In this document: one piece after another, positions 18,199 to 30,600 of the stretch
Layout of the letters: each line of letters starts with the position of its first letter
How positions within the stretch are numbered: the stretch's first letter is position 1
NCBI GenBank assembly: GCA_045545665.1
Contig: JAZQBL010000025.1
Coordinates: forward strand, 2,087 to 66,086
Reading direction: 5' to 3'
DNA length: 64,000 nucleotides
Source of the DNA: Eubacteriales bacterium
Lineage (GTDB): Bacteria; Bacillota; Clostridia; Oscillospirales; CAG-272
Made by a program: the position numbers and the translations under genes
The notes under the pieces: model-generated
Told to the model about the DNA's origin: nothing
Databases searched by the model: none
Seen by the model: the letters and a program-made list of their open reading frames with translations, nothing else

Positions 18199-18662
18199 AA
18201 AAACACAGATTCAATATTTTTGATATTGCTGTAATAGCATCGTTTTTTCTGATATTCGCCGTTTGCTTTTCGGTCTACCGCACATCAGACGACACAAACG
18301 GCTCTGTCAGTTACACACTGACTGTTGACAATGCAGAAGAATACCTCGTAAATTCTCTTAAAGAGGGATATGACATCTACAGCGAAAACGGAGTATGTAT
18401 AGGAAAGATAAGCTCTGTTTCAAGTGAAATTAAAACAGAAAAAACAAAGGACGCAAACGGAAAAAACGACAACGTTGAATACAGCGGATTATATACGGCA
18501 ACACTTACAATAGATGCGTCCGCGCTGTCGAGCGAAAAAAATTTCACCGTAAACGGTGAAAAGATCGCCGTCGGCACCGTCTTACCCTTTACAACGAATG
18601 CAGCTGCCGCAAAGGGAGTATGCACTGCCGTAAGTTTTGAATACTTTGACGGGGAGGAATAA
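18195..18662 (+). CDS. DUF4330-like membrane-anchored protein
   Basis: RFNIFD N-terminus, one TM helix, soluble beta-rich domain. Confidence 0.6.
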   Translation: MKKHRFNIFDIAVIASFFLIFAVCFSVYRTSDDTNGSVSYTLTVDNAEEYLVNSLKEGYDIYSENGVCIGKISSVSSEIKTEKTKDANGKNDNVEYSGLYTATLTIDASALSSEKNFTVNGEKIAVGTVLPFTTNAAAAKGVCTAVSFEYFDGEE

Positions 18663-18664
18663 TA

Positions 18665-19156
18665 ATGAAAGAAAAGATCAAATTCAACAGATACGACGTG
18701 ATAATCATATTATTGGTTGTGGCATGCGTGCTCGGTATAATATTCAGAGGTTCCGTGTCAAGCGCCGTTACAAGCACCGTGTACAATGACGATGCAAAAA
18801 TTTATTTTGAAATAGAAGAAGCCGACGAAAGCGTGCTTAAATCAATACAGGCAGGCGATAAATTCCGTTTTTCAAGCGGCGGTCTATTCGGTACTCTTAT
18901 GGAAGGGTACACATATGAAAATTCAAAGAAATTCGTAACGAACGAAAGAGGCATCACAGAACAGACCGTTCTTACCGAAAAATACGATATCAAAGGATAC
19001 TTTTCCTCCGCCGGAAGATTTACCGATAACGGATTTTTATGTGCAGGCACAAAGATATTTGTAAATTCATCCTTTGAAATAAGCTCAAAGAACACCGTAT
19101 GCACCGTAAAAATAACAAATATCGAGAACGTTTCAAAGGCAAACGACGTACAATAA
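18665..19156 (+). CDS. DUF4330-like membrane-anchored protein (paralog)
   Basis: KFNRYD N-terminus and one TM helix; same layout as the upstream gene. Confidence 0.55.
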   Translation: MKEKIKFNRYDVIIILLVVACVLGIIFRGSVSSAVTSTVYNDDAKIYFEIEEADESVLKSIQAGDKFRFSSGGLFGTLMEGYTYENSKKFVTNERGITEQTVLTEKYDIKGYFSSAGRFTDNGFLCAGTKIFVNSSFEISSKNTVCTVKITNIENVSKANDVQ

Positions 19157-19322
19157 TGGTAGATTATTCCTTATATTCCACGAATAAATGCAAAAAACTC
19201 TAAAAAATTTCAAAATAATGCAAAATTACTATTGATTTTTTCAGAATAATTTGATATAATCCTTTTAAAATGATATTTAATTTTGATACACAATAACGTA
19301 TCAACTGATAGGAGCGAAAGTT

Positions 19323-19586
19323 ATGATATCTCGTGATATAACAATCCGTATTTGTGTAGGTCTGCATGCACGTCCTGCAACATTCTTTATTCAGAAAGCC
19401 AACTCTTACAAATGTTCCATTTGGGTTGAGAAGGATGGCCGCCGTGTAAACGCGAAGAGCTTACTCGGTGTTCTTTCCCTCGGCATCACAAAGGACTCCG
19501 TTATAACTCTTATCGCTGACGGCGATGATGAAGTTGAAGCACTCAACGGTCTTGAAGAGCTTATCGAAAGCGGTCTTACAGACTGA
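19323..19586 (+). CDS. ptsH: Phosphocarrier protein HPr
   Basis: GLHARPA (His15) and VNAKSLLG (Ser46). Confidence 0.95.
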   Translation: MISRDITIRICVGLHARPATFFIQKANSYKCSIWVEKDGRRVNAKSLLGVLSLGITKDSVITLIADGDDEVEALNGLEELIESGLTD

Positions 19587-19610
19587 CAACTGATAGGGGT
19601 TTGAACTTAT

Positions 19611-19686
19611 AGGCGAAAATCGTAATTTTTACAGGTTCTGCAGTTACTGCAGCTTATCCTTTTTGCGATTTTTGCCTTTTATTTTT
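19611..19686 (+). terminator. Long hairpin with U-tract between ptsH and uvrC
   Basis: AGGCGAAAATCGTAA...TTGCGATTTTTGCCT-TTTATTTTT. Confidence 0.5.
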
Positions 19687-19700
19687 CCCAAGGAGGTCAT

Positions 19701-21548
19701 ATGAAAAATTCAAGAATAGAATATTTATCCGCTAAAGCGGCCTCCCTTCCGAAGCGCCCGGGTGTTTACATTATGAAGGATGCAGGCGGAAACGTCATAT
19801 ACGTCGGAAAATCAAAGGTTTTAAAAAACAGGGTGAGCCAATATTTTCACTCGACGAACCACGGAATAAAGACCGACCGTATGGTGCGTTCGGTACACGA
19901 TTTCGACTACATCATATGCGACACGGAAATTGAAGCGCTGGCGCTTGAAAACAGTAAAATAAAACAGTTTGAACCCAAATACAACATAAAGCTGAAGGAC
20001 GACAAAAGCTATCCTTATATAGAGCTTACGAAAGAAGACTTTCCCCGTCTTGTGATAACGAGAAAACGCAAGAATAACTCAAGCGTTTATTTCGGTCCGT
20101 ACTCAAGCGCACAGACGGCAAGGAAGATAATAAAAACCGTCGGAAGCATATACGGTATTCCCACGTGTAAAAAAGTTTTTCCTCGTGACATAGGCAGATC
20201 CCGTCCGTGTCTTAACAGCCAGATAGGCAGATGTCTTGCGCCTTGCTCGGGAAATATCTCATCGGAAGAATATAAAAATCTCATCGACGGGATACAGACT
20301 GTGCTGAAAGGCGATATATCGAACGCGAAGCGTATGCTTTTTGAAAAGATGGAAGCGGCATCCGATGCCCTTGCTTTTGAAGCGGCGGCAAAATACCGTG
20401 ACAGAATAAGTGCGCTCGAATCACTTTACAAGCATCAGAAAGTAATAGCAGAGCCCGATGCCGATTACGATATAATAGGTATATACAGAGGAGAGCCTGT
20501 CAGCGTTTTATCCTTCTTCTACGTCAGAGGCGGCATAATATCCGACACGGAAAACTTCAACATAGGTTCTTATGCAATAGACGGTGATGAAGAAATAGAA
20601 GCCTTCATCTGCCGTATATACAAAAAGCGCGGATATATTCCGCATACCGTTTTAATATCCCCCGACGTTTTTTCAAATCCTTCCGACTCTTTGAAAGAAT
20701 GTCTTTCTTCCCTGCGCTGTTCATCCGTCGATACGGTATATCCGCAAAAGGGCAAGAAAAAAGAGCTGTGCCGACTCGTTTGCGATAACGCACGCCAGCA
20801 CGCTTTACAGTACGAAATGGAAGCTGTAAAGAACGACCGTGTTCTTATTGACCTTGCAAACGCTCTCGCTCTTCAGGTATTCCCGGAGCGTATAGAATCA
20901 TACGATATTTCAAACTACGGTGACAACAACATAACAGCGGGAATGATCGTATGCGAAAACGGTTCACTTAAAAAAAGCGGATACAGAGTGTTCAATATAA
21001 GATCGACAGAGGTACAGGACGATTACGCCTCTATGACGGAAGCGTTGCAAAGGCGGCTTAAAAACTACGAAGAAAAAACGCCCGGCTTTGAAAAACTGCC
21101 CGATCTTATTTTACTTGACGGCGGCGATGCACACGTAAACACGGTAAAGCGTTTATTTTCAGAGCTTGGTTACGATATTCCCATCTTCGGTATGGTTAAG
21201 GATGAATACCACAAAACGAGAGCGCTTACAAACGGATACGAAGAAATATCCCTTTCAAGAACGGATGCACTGTTCGTATTTTTATACAAGCTTCAGGAAG
21301 AAGTTCACCGCTTCACGATAGGCAAAATGAAAAGTGCAAAGAGAAAAACGCTCAAGACCTCATATCTTACGGCGATCAAAGGAGTCGGGGAGAAAAAAGC
21401 GCTTCTTTTACTTGAAGCATTTGAAACGCTTGAAAACTTAAAAAAAGCATCAGTTGAGGAAATATCGAACGTAAAAGGAATAGATACGGCTTTGGCGCAA
21501 AAGGTATACGAGTTTTTCAGAAAGGACGGCGGAAATGAAAAGCTTTGA
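19701..21548 (+). CDS. uvrC: Excinuclease ABC subunit C
   Basis: PGVY...YVGKS GIY-YIG domain, FEAAAKYRD, YDISN, PDLILLDGG and C-terminal HhH. Confidence 0.97.
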   Translation: MKNSRIEYLSAKAASLPKRPGVYIMKDAGGNVIYVGKSKVLKNRVSQYFHSTNHGIKTDRMVRSVHDFDYIICDTEIEALALENSKIKQFEPKYNIKLKDDKSYPYIELTKEDFPRLVITRKRKNNSSVYFGPYSSAQTARKIIKTVGSIYGIPTCKKVFPRDIGRSRPCLNSQIGRCLAPCSGNISSEEYKNLIDGIQTVLKGDISNAKRMLFEKMEAASDALAFEAAAKYRDRISALESLYKHQKVIAEPDADYDIIGIYRGEPVSVLSFFYVRGGIISDTENFNIGSYAIDGDEEIEAFICRIYKKRGYIPHTVLISPDVFSNPSDSLKECLSSLRCSSVDTVYPQKGKKKELCRLVCDNARQHALQYEMEAVKNDRVLIDLANALALQVFPERIESYDISNYGDNNITAGMIVCENGSLKKSGYRVFNIRSTEVQDDYASMTEALQRRLKNYEEKTPGFEKLPDLILLDGGDAHVNTVKRLFSELGYDIPIFGMVKDEYHKTRALTNGYEEISLSRTDALFVFLYKLQEEVHRFTIGKMKSAKRKTLKTSYLTAIKGVGEKKALLLLEAFETLENLKKASVEEISNVKGIDTALAQKVYEFFRKDGGNEKL

Positions 21549-22398
21549 TATGCTGAATCCCGTAACGGTCCTTTGCTTTTACGTATTCTCCGTATGTATT
21601 CCGATGTTTTCGCTGAACCCCGTTACAGCATCCGTTTCCCTTTTCGGCGCCGTTTTATTCGATATCGTCACAAATGGAAAAGTAACGAAAAAATATGCAT
21701 ATTTTTTCTTAATTTTCGCCGTGTGTGTCATTATAAATCCCCTTTTTAACAAAAACGGTTCGTCGGTCCTGTTTTTTATAAACGATACGCCGATAACTTA
21801 TGAGTCGGTCATATACGGTATCGTATCGGGAATAACTCTCATTTCGGTGATCGTCTGGTTTTCTACGTTTTCTCATATAATGACAAGCGAAAAGATCATA
21901 TACGTTTTCGGCAGGATATCCCCGAAAACGGCTTTGATAATATCAATGTCCGTGCGGTTTTTTCCTCTGTTTTTAAAAAATTACAAAGAAGCTGAAAACG
22001 CCGTAAAATGTCTCGGTCTTTATAATTGCGACACGCTTTTCGGAGCTCTCAAAGTAAAGATACGTGCTTTTTCGGCACTTATCACACGTGTAACGGAAGA
22101 AGGAATTATAACTGCCGACAGCATGGAAGCGCGCGGATACGGCAAAAAAAGACGGTCATCTTTTTCTCTTTTCAAATTTACAGTAAACGACTTCGTTTAT
22201 ATTTTCATATTTTTAATATTCGGTGTGCTTTCTTTTATATCGTCGGAAAGTACCGTTTTTTATCCGACCGTATCAGATATCCCCTTTTCGGGATTCAATA
22301 TTTTCGGATACGTTTGTTATTTTTTGTTGGTGTTGATGCCTACTGCAATAAGTGTATGTGAGGGTGCGAGATGGAAATACTTACTGTCAAAAATTTAA
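21535..22398 (+). CDS. ECF transporter transmembrane T component
   Basis: TM-rich; SVRFFP and ADSMEARGYG. Confidence 0.9.
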   Translation: MKSFDMLNPVTVLCFYVFSVCIPMFSLNPVTASVSLFGAVLFDIVTNGKVTKKYAYFFLIFAVCVIINPLFNKNGSSVLFFINDTPITYESVIYGIVSGITLISVIVWFSTFSHIMTSEKIIYVFGRISPKTALIISMSVRFFPLFLKNYKEAENAVKCLGLYNCDTLFGALKVKIRAFSALITRVTEEGIITADSMEARGYGKKRRSSFSLFKFTVNDFVYIFIFLIFGVLSFISSESTVFYPTVSDIPFSGFNIFGYVCYFLLVLMPTAISVCEGARWKYLLSKI

Positions 22399-23954
22399 AA
22401 TTCACATATCCTCTTTGCGAAAAGCCCTCTGTTGACGGGGTAAGCTTTTCCCTTTTTCCCGAGGAATTTGTCCTGCTTTGCGGAAAGGTAGGAAGCGGTA
22501 AATCAACGCTTATTAAACATCTTATTGAGGAAATTGCACCCGTAGGTGACAAAAGCGGCGAAATAATCATAAAAGACGATTGCAAGCTCGGCTACGTATC
22601 ACAAAACCCCGAAGGACAGATAGTCACCGACAAGGTATACCACGAGCTTGCCTTTGCGCTTGAAAACCTTGGATATGACGAAAGCTACATAAAAAAACGT
22701 ATAGCGGAAACGTCATCATATTTCGGTCTTGACGGCGTTCTGTTTGATGACTGTGCAACGCTTTCCGGCGGACAAAAGCAAATTCTGAATCTTGCCTGTG
22801 CGATGATCACTTCACCCGATATTCTCGTGCTTGACGAGCCTACCTCACGTCTTGATCCCGTATCAAAGGAAAAATTCATCTCCGTTCTTTCAAAGCTCAA
22901 GGACGATCTCGGTACAGCTGTCATAATTGCCGAACACAACATATCATCCGTTTTGCCGATAGCGGACCGCATACTTATAATGGAAGGCGGAAAGCTTATA
23001 AGCGACGCATCGGGTGATGACAAGCTTAAGATAATTTCAAAATATGAACCGCTTAAAAACGCCCTTCCGCCGTCTCTTCGCCTTTACGGTCATTTTGACG
23101 TTCCATCAACTCCCCCTCTTACTTTAAAAGAGGGACGGGACTTTATAAAAAAGCACTTTTTACCTTCACAGCGCATACTCGAAAAGAAAGAATACAGAAG
23201 CGGCAATTATGCAATACAGCTCAAAAACGTCTGTTTCAGATACACGAAGAACAGCCGTGATATTTTATACGATCTGTCAATTGACGTTTACGAAGGCGAG
23301 ATACTTTTCATTTTAGGCGGTAATGCCGCAGGAAAATCAACGCTGCTTTCGGTAATATCAAACATGCTGAGACCCTATAGCGGAAAAATTGAAGTATTCG
23401 GCAAAAAGACAAAGGACTACGGAAGCTCGCTGTACAAAACGCTTACGTATCTTGTGCAGAACGTGCGGTGCGTTTTTACGTTTGACACGGTAAAAAAAGA
23501 GCTTGACGAGGCAGGTTTTATCCCCGATGATTTTCCGTACGATTTTTCGCCTATATACAGTATGCACCCGTACGATATATCCGGAGGACAGGCACAGCTT
23601 TTGGCACTTGCAAAAGCCGTATCGGGCAAAAAAAAGATAATTCTTTTGGATGAACCGACAAGCTCACTCGACCCGCAGCTGACAAATGAGATCACAAACA
23701 CAATAAAAGCGCTTAAAAAGCAAGGTATCACATTTATAATCGTCAGCCACGACCTTGAATTTGCCGCAGAATGTGCCGACAGATGCTCTCTTTTGTTTGC
23801 AGGTGAGCTTACGGAGCCCGTATATCCTGACAAATTTTTCACCGAAAACACGTTTTACTCAACGAAAATAAACCTTATGACAAGGGGAATATACAAAAAC
23901 GCCGTGACGTTTGACGATGCGGTAGCTCTTATGGAGGAAAACAGACGTGAGTAA
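22371..23954 (+). CDS. ECF transporter tandem ATPase (two ABC domains)
   Basis: GKVGSGKST and GGNAAGKST Walker A motifs, QNPEGQ, LSGGQ, LDEPT twice. Confidence 0.92.
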   Translation: MEILTVKNLKFTYPLCEKPSVDGVSFSLFPEEFVLLCGKVGSGKSTLIKHLIEEIAPVGDKSGEIIIKDDCKLGYVSQNPEGQIVTDKVYHELAFALENLGYDESYIKKRIAETSSYFGLDGVLFDDCATLSGGQKQILNLACAMITSPDILVLDEPTSRLDPVSKEKFISVLSKLKDDLGTAVIIAEHNISSVLPIADRILIMEGGKLISDASGDDKLKIISKYEPLKNALPPSLRLYGHFDVPSTPPLTLKEGRDFIKKHFLPSQRILEKKEYRSGNYAIQLKNVCFRYTKNSRDILYDLSIDVYEGEILFILGGNAAGKSTLLSVISNMLRPYSGKIEVFGKKTKDYGSSLYKTLTYLVQNVRCVFTFDTVKKELDEAGFIPDDFPYDFSPIYSMHPYDISGGQAQLLALAKAVSGKKKIILLDEPTSSLDPQLTNEITNTIKALKKQGITFIIVSHDLEFAAECADRCSLLFAGELTEPVYPDKFFTENTFYSTKINLMTRGIYKNAVTFDDAVALMEENRRE

Positions 23955-24624
23955 ATCAAAGGTTTTGTTTTTTCTGAAGCTTTTCATCCTTTTCGTCCTT
24001 TTTCCTGCCGCAATTTTCATCGGCATATTCGTTTTCAAAGAAAAAGGATATCCGTACGTCATAACCGCTGTCACGGTCTTTACGCTCGTTATTTTCTTTG
24101 CAAGCTTTGAAAAGAAGAAAATAACGTCACGCAGGCTCGTGTTGTGCTCCGTTATGACGTGCCTTGCGGTAGTCGGCAGATTTATTCCCTTTTTAAAGCC
24201 CGTGGCGGCTGTAACGACCGTTTCGGGAATGTATCTCGGAAGCTTTTCGGGATTTCTCGTCGGCGCGCTTTCCGCTCTCGTTTCAAACTTTTATTTTGGG
24301 CAGGGTCCGTGGACTCCGCATCAGATGTTTGCCTGGGGGCTTATCGGTTTTTTCTCGGGGGTCTTTTCAAAGGTTATTGAAAAAAGCCGTCTTGCGCTTG
24401 TTTTGTTCGCTGTCATATCAGCGATAGGTTATTCTATGCTGCTTGACGTGTGGACGGTGCTTTGGTACAACGGCACGTTCAGTCTTTCACTTTACACAGC
24501 GGCACTTGTAACGTCTTTACCGCATACACTTCTTTATACGGTATCAAACGTCATATTTCTTGTTTTGCTCCATCCGTCACTCGGCGCACGTCTTAAAAGG
24601 ATAAAGATAAAATACGGCGTATAA
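23947..24624 (+). CDS. ECF transporter S component (CbrT-like)
   Basis: FLKPVAA and SNFYFGQGPWTPHQMFAWG. Confidence 0.8.
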   Translation: MSKSKVLFFLKLFILFVLFPAAIFIGIFVFKEKGYPYVITAVTVFTLVIFFASFEKKKITSRRLVLCSVMTCLAVVGRFIPFLKPVAAVTTVSGMYLGSFSGFLVGALSALVSNFYFGQGPWTPHQMFAWGLIGFFSGVFSKVIEKSRLALVLFAVISAIGYSMLLDVWTVLWYNGTFSLSLYTAALVTSLPHTLLYTVSNVIFLVLLHPSLGARLKRIKIKYGV

Positions 24625-24668
24625 AAACACTTATAAAAACATTAACTCGTTTTTATAAGTGTTTTTTT
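24624..24668. terminator. Bidirectional terminator
   Basis: AAAACACTTATAAAAAC...GTTTTTATAAGTGTTTTT between convergent genes. Confidence 0.6.
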
Positions 24669-24669
24669 A

Positions 24670-27600
24670 TTATACGGTATGCTCTTTTCCGTCAAACGGA
24701 TATATTTTGCCTTCACAGTTTTCAGAGGATATATTGTAAAGCGTTCCCTTTTTTCTTACCGTAAGGCGGAATTTTTCAAAATCTTTACAGTATGCGGGGT
24801 TCACCGTGAAGCCGTCCTTCGTTTCTTTATAGCCTATAAGCTTTTCAAGCACAGCTGTAAAATACCAGCTTGCCGCCCCCGTGTACCAGCTCCATCCGCA
24901 TCTGCCGTAAAGCTCGGGTGCGCTGTATATATCCCCTGCAAGGACGTACGGCTCGCCTTTATACTTATCAAACAGCTCCTTGTCTTTATTTCTTATGATG
25001 GGATTCAGTGCGTTTAAAAGTTCAAACCCTCTTTCCGTCATACCTGCATCAAAAAAGCCCATAGCCCCCCATATTGCCCCGTGGGTATACTGTCCGCCGT
25101 TTTCACGTATGCCCTTCGGATAATCGCATATATATCCTGCATATTTCGATCTTTCATCAAAAGCAGGAGTAAACAGCAGAAGCTGTTTATTTTTTTCATC
25201 ATACAGCGTATCCCACACGGTATTGAGGGATGAGGTTATTCTTTCTTTATTTTTACCGTACATGGCGGCAAATGCCTGCGGTAAAATATCAACATCACAC
25301 CCCGAATCGCCCAAGAGTGTGCCGTCTGAAAAAGTCCCCCTTATATAATACTTTCCGTTATACGCGAAGTTTTCCGTGTTTTCATAAAGAATTTCAGCAT
25401 CACGTTTATACTTTTCTCCCCCTGCGTCATCTCCTGCAAGGCGCGCAAGATCTGATGCTTCTTGAAGCACACCGTAAAGAAACCACGCAAGCCAGACACT
25501 TTCACCGCCCACGTTATTCATTCCGTCGTTCCAGTCGCCCGTGCCGAAAAGAGGCAAGCCGTGTTCGCCGTATTTTACGTGGGATATCGCTCTGACGCAG
25601 TGCATATAGACGCTTTCCTTCATATCGGAGGTATTCAGCTGTTCGTATCTGTCGTATTCGTTTTCGGCAAGTACAGGGGAAGAAAGATACGGCACGGGCG
25701 TAAACAAAACGGAATCATCCCCCGTTATACTGACGTATTTGCCCAAAACGTAAACGAGCCACAGCATATCGTCAGAACATCTCGTTTTTACACCCGTTTC
25801 TTTTTCACCCGGATGCCACCAATGCGTAACGCCGCCGTCTTCGTACTGATGCGCCGCACATCGAAGAATATGTTCCCTTGCGTATTCGGGAGCTGAATAC
25901 ATTATACAGATCATATCCTGAAGCTGATCTCGGAATCCGAACGCACCCGAATTCTGATAAAATCCGCATCTGGCATACACACGGCAATAAAGCGCCTGAT
26001 ATTTTGAAAATTTATTGAAAAATACGTCAAAATCACGGTTTTTCGTATGAAGCTCATAGACGTCAAGATATCCGTCAAGCGCTTTTTTATAAAGGATACG
26101 TTCCTTATCAAACGAAAGATCTTCAAAACGGAACGAGCCGAGTGTAAAATAAAACGCACGTGATGACACAGCGTCAAGCGAACAAACACATCTCACAGCA
26201 CCCTTAACACCGTCAAAGGACGATATGCTTCCATCCGGGCTGTACAGCACAGCCTCGGATCTTTCGTAAGCGTTTACGACGGTAAGTGACTTTTTGCTTT
26301 TTTTGGCAAAAAGTGCGCCCGTGCGGTTTTCTTTTCCGAGCACGAAATCAGCAGTATATGCAAGCTCCAAGGACTTACTTTGTGCAGAATAGTTCGTTAT
26401 CCGCACCCTGGCGTACTTTCTTTCCTTTTCGGCATCGCAAAATACGCATACCTCATAAGTCAGTTTGTCAATACTGCCTTTGTATAGTGCATACGACAAA
26501 GTAAACACCGTCTTTTCCGCATTTTTGGCAAGCGGATAGAGCACACCGCCGCACACGGCGTATATTTCCTCACCGCACGGATCAATAACGTCGGAATCAA
26601 AGCGTGTCAGCTTTCCGTTTTGTGAATTACCTCTCCAAGTAAAGCCGAGAGAGTTTTGCGTAAGAAGTGTACCGAAGCTTTCGTTCGAATATATAAAGCT
26701 CCAGGGCATGGGTGCATTTCCGTTTGTTATCTCAATTTCATCGCCGTTTATGCTGTACGTTCTTTCGTTTTCATACGTTTTACAAAACGTACTGACGCAC
26801 GGCAGGACCGTTTGACATCTTCTTGACGGATAAAAAGATATATCGAGGAAATATCTTTTTTCATCTTCATCCTCACACCTCAGCGCAAAAATTCCGTTTT
26901 TGCGTCCGACAAGCGGCAAAACGCCGACAAGTCTTAAAATATCAAACAGCTTGTTTTCTTCATCACGGTGATATTTATCCTGCTCGGTATAGAGTATGAC
27001 CGTGTCGTATCTGTGACCTTTCATAAGCAGGGTCTTGTGGGTGTACAGAACCGAAAGAAGCTCACTCGGTGGATTTTTTGCAATTTTTACGTCCGTAAGA
27101 TCAAGTGTTAAAATGGGATGATCCCCCGAGATGCCGTGTTTCCACAGCGTGTTTATATCAAGCTTCGACGGGGTACTGCGTTTTGACGGATAAATATTTT
27201 TTTCAAGTAACGAAGAAAGCACCATCCCGTCGCAATATGAAGAGCCAAACACATTTTTTATACCGCTTTTGTTTGAGCTTGTAATATTTTTTTGCACACT
27301 TGCCAGATGCAAGGCGTGTACTGCCTCACTTTCATCGTTTGAACACGACAAAAGTATTTTCACGTGCGGTCTGTCTGTTTTCATAAGAACAAACGGCACA
27401 GCAGGACAAACGTACTGCGTATTCACCCAGGACGGGCGCAAAACATCGAAAGCGTATTTTTCAGCTTCAAACGGTAAGACTTTATCGGCAGATATCTCGT
27501 ATTCAAACGGTATTATTCCAAAATCATCGCACATAGACAAAGCAAGATAAAGATCGTGCTTTGGCGGATGTCTTTTCCTTTTCAGTATCAGTATGCCGTT

Positions 27601-30600
27601 TTTTATTTTTGCAGTTATAAAAAGTCTTGAATAGCTTATATGGGAGGAAAATACTCTTTCTTCTTCACACACGGGAGAAAAGGAAAACAGCCCCTGTGCG
27701 CCTTCATTAAACGCACATTCGATGCAAAACACGTTTTTGTCTTCACAAACGCTCAAAGAAGCGCAAGAGGTGCATTTTTCTTCATCCGATGTGTTGAATT
27801 CACAAACGTATCCGTCGCAGACTCCATTATTTTCTCCTATAAGATTATGATATCCGCCGTTTTCAAGCACGTCAAAGCGAAGTTTTCCTGTTTTCTTTGA
27901 GGGGCAAAGCATAATATTTCCGTAATACAGCCTGCACTCACCGCCCGGCGTAAGATCCGCACGGCACAGAGAATTTGATATACAGCCGTACGGTGATTTT
28001 TGCTCTTGCGTTTGAGGGAGAAAATACGTTTTTTCTTCCTTTTTGTATTCTTCGTTTTTTCTGTACGGCGGTGTATCGGTCGGTATTTTTTCATAAAGAA
28101 GGCACAACGAGCTGTTGACGGATATATCGCTTGTGAATCTTTTTTGAAAGATACCGTCAAAAACGAAGTTTGCACAAGCTACCATACTCATTCCTATATG
28201 ATGCGCCATAAAGCATTTTATAAGCGCGTATCCGTCCTTTACACGGCTTTTTGTGAAGTCTATCGCCTCGTAAAATCCGTATTTGCCGTATGCGCCGTAT
28301 TTTTTCAAGTTTTCAAGATTATCAAGAACACTCCGCCCCATACACAGCATAAGAAATGACGAATAGGGGCTTATCACAAGATCGTCGGAAAGTCCGTTTT
28401 TAAGTCCGAGTGACGGCACACCGTGCGCTTTATACTGATAATTAAGCTCCGTGTCGAACTCATAATAACACGACTCCGACGTACCGTAAACATCTTGCAA
28501 ATTACCTGCGTTTGCAGTATATGAGCGCTGCGCTTTATAAGCGTATCTTACAGCTTCATACAAAAGAGAATCATTGAAAACAGGCAAAAACAGCACAGGC
28601 ATAAAATATTCAAACGCCGTTCCCGTCCAGGAAGCAAGACCGATATGTCCCTTTTCGCTTATAACGACACGTGCGCTGTTACTCATCACACCGAAGCCGT
28701 TTACTCCCTTTGCAGTTGCAAAAAAGTCTGCTGTCCTTTCCTCGCTCATATATATGTCATAATGGTTTTGGTGCGTTACGCCGTTTTTATCGTCAATGCC
28801 GATATAAAACATATTCCTGCTTTTATCGAACATACATTCAAGGTGCGTATTTTCAATAAGTGCATCTATCCTTTGATAGATCTTCGAAGCACCTTCGATA
28901 TTTTTTATTCCTTCTTTCAGGGCAACAAGACAGCACAAAAAATTACCGCTGTCAACGAAAGAAACGAACCCGTCAAGGCAGCACAGCGTTTCCGTATCGT
29001 ACCAATTATACAAATTCCCTTCGTACTTTTTAAGGTTTTCAACTGCGCCGACGCTCTTATCCAATCTTTGCAAAAGCTCGTTTTTACCGATTATTTTGAA
29101 ATCGTACGCACATAAAGCCGACAAAAGATAAAGACCGATATTTGTAGGTGATGTGCGCGGGGCAACTCGCTCCCCTGCAAATATCGTCACGTTGTCAGGC
29201 GGTAAAAAGCCGTTTTTTTCGTTTACGTTATCCTTGAAGTACCGCCACATATCGTTTACGTACTTTTGCACCGTTTTTTTGTCGTCTTCGCTTACCTCTT
29301 TTTTACTCTCTTCTCTTTTAAGCGACGTGAAGTACAGCACAAACGGGCATAAAACAAATAATATACCGACTGCTCTGTATATTCCGAACGGCACGAACAG
29401 AAAGGAAATTCCGCAAGCGCTTGAAAAAATACAGTATATACAATACGCAAAAAAACCTTTAGATGATATTTTTTCAGCACTTGATGCACTCACCCATTCA
29501 AGCAAGTGCCTGTTTGAAAAACAGTATCGCCATATTCCCTTACATATGGCTTTTGCGGAAGTATACGCATCGTGAGCCAAAGTTGACACGCGGTACAAAA
29601 AAGTCAAAAATCCGTACCAGAACGACGACAAAGTAAAGGAATAAAACTTTCGCCTTACGCCGAATGCACCCGACACCAAACATTCAAACAAGCTTACAAG
29701 GCACGGTATTATAAGATAAAAAAGCGAAAACACAGCCACGGAAACGGTAATATGCCGTGTGAAAAATATTCCCGAAAACAGTGCCGCAAGCGCAAACACG
29801 GGTGTAATATCACGTCTTACGTTATCAAATATTTTATATTTATCAAAAGGCGTAAACGGATTTTTCACCGTCCTTTTTGCACTTTTTATCTTTCGCTTGC
29901 AAAACGCAAGAAGGCTCTGGATATCCCCTCTTATCCATCTGTTTTGCCGTTTGAAGTACGATATTCCGTTTGACGGTGTGCTGTCATAAAAAGTTATTTC
30001 GGGGATCATTCCCACGTTCATAAGACACCCTTCGGGAATGTCGTGCGACAGTATTTTTTCCTCGGGAAATATTCCGTCTGTCGCTTTGCAGAACACCTCT
30101 ACGTTTATCAATCCCTTGCCGCAGAATATACCGCTTTTAAATATCTCCGAATACACGTCAAAGCGTGCGTATCTGTACACCTGTATACCGACAGCACCGC
30201 TTGACAAAAACGAAAATCTCGTTTTCAGAGATGATTCAAGCGACGTTTCGACACACGGCTGTAAAATGCCGTGGCCCTTGACGACACGGTGCTTTTTTTC
30301 ATCGTATTCGGGTGTGTTTATCGGGTGCTCCGCCACCTGTATCATTCTTTCTGCATCTCCCGGCGCTATGACCGTATCTGCATCAAGCGTTATAAGATAT
30401 TTTGTTTTACAAAGCTTGTCTGCACTGTTTTCGGGATACGTTATAACTTTGTTTTTTTCACCGTTTAACAGTCGGCAAAGTTCGCACACAGCACCTCTTT
30501 TTCTTTCGTAAGCTATAAATTTACCCTCGCTTACGGAATACTCTCTGTTTCTGTAAAAGAGAAAAAATACATCTCCGTATTTTTCACACAGCTTTTTTAT

